This document shows, piece after piece, positions 15,472-17,900 of a stretch of DNA of 17,900 nucleotides. The first letter of the stretch is position 1. Each line of letters starts with the position of its first letter. Source of the DNA: an uncultured Myxococcales bacterium (GTDB taxonomy: Bacteria > Myxococcota > UBA4151); assembly GCA_964013405.1 (NCBI GenBank), contig CAXGWI010000067.1, positions 1-17,900 on the forward strand, read 5' to 3'. Both the position numbers and the translations under genes were made by a program. The notes under the pieces were generated by a model. That model searched no databases. It was given only the letters and a program-made list of their open reading frames with translations, and was not told the origin of the DNA.

Positions 15472-16500
15472 CTACAGGTCCAGGCTCTGGCCCGCGGACT
15501 TCAGGTCCCGTGCGGCCCGGGCCACCCGGTCTGCCATGCCTTGCTCACCCTTTTTCAGGTAGGCTCGGGGATCATAGGCTTTCTTCACACCCACCTCACC
15601 GTCCACCTTCAAGACCCCGGCATAGTTGGTCATGATGTGGTCCACGACCGGCCGGGTGAAGGCGTATTGGGTATCGGTATCGATGTTCATTTTGACGACA
15701 CCATAAAGGAGCGTTTCGTGAATTTCTTCCAGCCCGCTGCCGGAGCCGCCGTGGAAGACCAGGTCGAAGCGGGCCTCCGCACCAAACTGCTGGGCTACCG
15801 CCGCCTGCCCGTCTCGAAGAATCGATGGCTTCAGTTGCACGTGTCCAGGCTTATAGACGCCATGGACATTACCGAAGGTTGCGGCGAGCATAAATCGACC
15901 GCCAAGGGGTTCCAGGGCTGCCCAAGTGGCCACCATGTCTTCTGGCGTGGTGTAGAGCTTTTCGGCCGGCGCCCCTGAGTTGTCGACGCCGTCCTCTTCA
16001 CCGCCAACGACACCGATCTCCACCTCAAGAATGATCTCGTTGTCCCGACACAAGGTCATCAGTTCTTGGGAGGCGGCCAAGTTCTCCTGCAGCGGCAGGA
16101 CCGAACCATCGAACATGTGGCCGCTAAAGAGGTTCTTCTGACCCCGGGCCCGCCGAGCGGCGGTTTCCGCGATCAGGGGCCGCAGGAAGCCGTCCACCTT
16201 CTCGGGGTGGCAGTGGTCGGTGTGGAGGGCGATGTTAATATCGTAATGGTCGGCTGCCCGGTGAATGTATTCGGCCAGGGCAATCGCTCCGTCCGTGGCT
16301 TTCTTGACCTCGAGACCGCTGGCGAACTGTCCGGCGCCCGTGCTGACCTGGAGGATGCCGTCGCTCTCTTCGGCAGCGAGGCCTGCCAGGGCGGCGTTCG
16401 CCGTGACGATGCTCGATATGTTGATAGCCGGATAGGCATAATGACCCGTATTCGCGGCATCGAGCATGGCGGAAAAACCTTTAAAATCAACGACCGGCAT
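15472..16500 (-). CDS. fbaA: Fructose-bisphosphate aldolase class II (type A)
   Basis: YPAIN, ALHTDHC, HMFDGS, LEVEIGVVGGEEDG, ATFGNVHGVYKPG, VFHGGSG, KMNIDTDTQYAF, KKAYDPR. Confidence 0.97.
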   Translation of the reverse strand: MPVVDFKGFSAMLDAANTGHYAYPAINISSIVTANAALAGLAAEESDGILQVSTGAGQFASGLEVKKATDGAIALAEYIHRAADHYDINIALHTDHCHPEKVDGFLRPLIAETAARRARGQKNLFSGHMFDGSVLPLQENLAASQELMTLCRDNEIILEVEIGVVGGEEDGVDNSGAPAEKLYTTPEDMVATWAALEPLGGRFMLAATFGNVHGVYKPGHVQLKPSILRDGQAAVAQQFGAEARFDLVFHGGSGSGLEEIHETLLYGVVKMNIDTDTQYAFTRPVVDHIMTNYAGVLKVDGEVGVKKAYDPRAYLKKGEQGMADRVARAARDLKSAGQSLDL

Positions 16501-16620
16501 GGGCGCCCCCTCGGGATTTTGTGCTCGGGCTCCTAGCTAGGCCACGGGGACCAAGCAAGGCCCGGTTGCCTAGAAGCCCGTGCAGCCTTAACAAGAGCCT
16601 GGCCAGAGGGAGGAGTCATC

Positions 16621-17280
16621 ATGGGTAAAAGGATCGGATTTGTCTTGAGCGGCGCCGGCGTATTTGACGGCGCGGAGCTCCATGAAAGCGTGCTGTGTTT
16701 GCTCGCGCTGGATCGAGGTGATGCAGAGGTCATCTTCATGGCCCCGGACAAGGATCAGTTCCACGTGGTCGATCATCAAAGCGGAACGCCAGCGGAGGGC
16801 GAGCGGCGATCGGTACTGTCCGAAGCCGCGCGGCTGGCCCGGGGCCCGGTTCGGCCACTGGCAGAAGTCTCAGCCGATGAGGTCGATGCGATCCTCATGC
16901 CTGGGGGCTTTGGCGCCGCGAAGAATCTGAGTACTTGGGCATTCTCTGGCGCGGCCGGTGAGGTCGATGGGGACCTCCAGCGTTTGTTGGGAGCGGTTCA
17001 CGGGCAAGGCAAGTGGATCGCTGCATGCTGTATCGCACCGGCCATCCTCGCCAGGGTCTTTGGGGGCGATGGTGTCAAGGTGACCCTTGGGACGAGTGAC
17101 CAGGATGCTGCGGAGGTCGAGAAGACAGGGGCCCAACACGAGCGGTGTTCGGTCGAGCAAGTGTGTATTGACGAAGAACACCGCCTGATCACCACACCGG
17201 CCTACATGGAGGCAGCTCGGATCCGCGAACTTGAGCCGGGCATCAGTGACATGGTCGGTCACCTTCTGCGGCTCGCCTAG
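16621..17280 (+). CDS. elbB: ElbB/ES1-type glyoxalase (DJ-1/PfpI superfamily)
   Basis: VLSGAGVFDGAELHE, RSVLSEAARLARG, PGGFGAAKNLS, CCIAP, VTLG, ITTPAYM; strong RBS GGAGGAG. Confidence 0.93.
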   Translation: MGKRIGFVLSGAGVFDGAELHESVLCLLALDRGDAEVIFMAPDKDQFHVVDHQSGTPAEGERRSVLSEAARLARGPVRPLAEVSADEVDAILMPGGFGAAKNLSTWAFSGAAGEVDGDLQRLLGAVHGQGKWIAACCIAPAILARVFGGDGVKVTLGTSDQDAAEVEKTGAQHERCSVEQVCIDEEHRLITTPAYMEAARIRELEPGISDMVGHLLRLA

Positions 17281-17292
17281 GTATCGTCTTCA

Positions 17293-17900
17293 ATGCGAGC
17301 GAGCGGTAGCTACGACCTCGCGATCTTTGGCAGCGGCTTTCTCGTACGCCTGACCGCTTGTTTGGTGGCGAAGTCAGGCCGACGCGTGCTTCGTATTCCC
17401 CTCGACCATCCCGAGCTGGAGGCGGCTCAGCCCTGGCCCACCCTGTGGCCGATGGATTTAACGGCCATTTCCGGCCCTCGAGAACGGGCCTTGGAGTTGG
17501 GCTTTCTTGTCCCGCTGCGTGACCATCTCGAGGACCGAGACCTGCTGGGCCAGTACGTGTCGCCTGAGGGGACGGCAGAACTCTTTTGCGATGCCGAATT
17601 GCTGGCAGCCCAAGCGGCACGGTTTCAGCCTAAAGGCCCCCTCGGTGTCTTCAGCAAAAAGCTGTTGAAGCGACGGAGTTGGGAGCTAGAGCAGAGCGAG
17701 CACAGCCCCGGCGGGAGTTTGTTTGCTCGACCGCGGCTTTTTCGCGCAAAGCCTAAGCTTGGCCGGGCTCCAAAGAGCAAGCGAACGCTCGATGCTCTCG
17801 ATCACCTTGTGGCTTCGCACCCATGGACTTGCGGCAGCGAGGGGCAACTGGTGCTCGCGGGGGGGCGCCGCTTGGATGAGCGGGTGATCCGGGATCCGGT
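17293..17900 (+). CDS. Partial ORF with a degenerate FAD/NAD-binding Rossmann N-terminus (3' end beyond window)
   Basis: Not in the ORF track. Manual translation from ATG 17293 gives MRASGSYDLAIFGSGFLVRLTACLVAKSGRRVLRIP..., open to the window end, starting 12 nt after the elbB stop. Confidence 0.6.
   Translation, partial: MRASGSYDLAIFGSGFLVRLTACLVAKSGRRVLRIPLDHPELEAAQPWPTLWPMDLTAISGPRERALELGFLVPLRDHLEDRDLLGQYVSPEGTAELFCDAELLAAQAARFQPKGPLGVFSKKLLKRRSWELEQSEHSPGGSLFARPRLFRAKPKLGRAPKSKRTLDALDHLVASHPWTCGSEGQLVLAGGRRLDERVIRDP

Noticed and set aside
16501..16620. Sigma54 promoter in the fbaA/elbB divergent region
   Set aside because: Candidate GG...GC pairs do not match the required -24/-12 spacing or sequence.
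1..17900. CRISPR array, integrase/transposase, prophage or long tandem repeats
   Set aside because: No regularly spaced repeats or mobile-element genes were visible; almost all sequence is explained by closely packed genes.

Overview
GC-rich, gene-dense bacterial chromosomal segment. The gene families suggest a diderm organism, possibly Myxococcota/deltaproteobacterial, but this is inference. Left to right: (1) a tightly coupled minus-strand biotin operon, bioB-bioF-bioD-bioA, with no bioC/bioH/bioW/bioI. It continues into a ferritin-like di-iron protein (BioE-like) and a FadL/OmpP1-type outer-membrane transporter that runs off the left edge. (2) A divergent tRNA-Cys(GCA) with promoter and terminator. 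(3) epmA-trmB, a DoxX-like membrane protein, a SAM methyltransferase and a Cys-rich membrane protein. (4) A tandem pair of 7TM sensor histidine kinases with reciprocal defects: the first keeps the phospho-His, receiver and Hpt but has lost its ATP-binding boxes, while the second keeps a complete ATP-binding domain but has Lys in place of the phospho-His. This candidate split, obligate-heterodimer kinase is the most striking observation. (5) A class II fructose-bisphosphate aldolase followed by a three-gene GMC oxidoreductase module. (6) elbB and a partial Rossmann-fold ORF at the right edge. No CRISPR array, integrase or transposase was seen.
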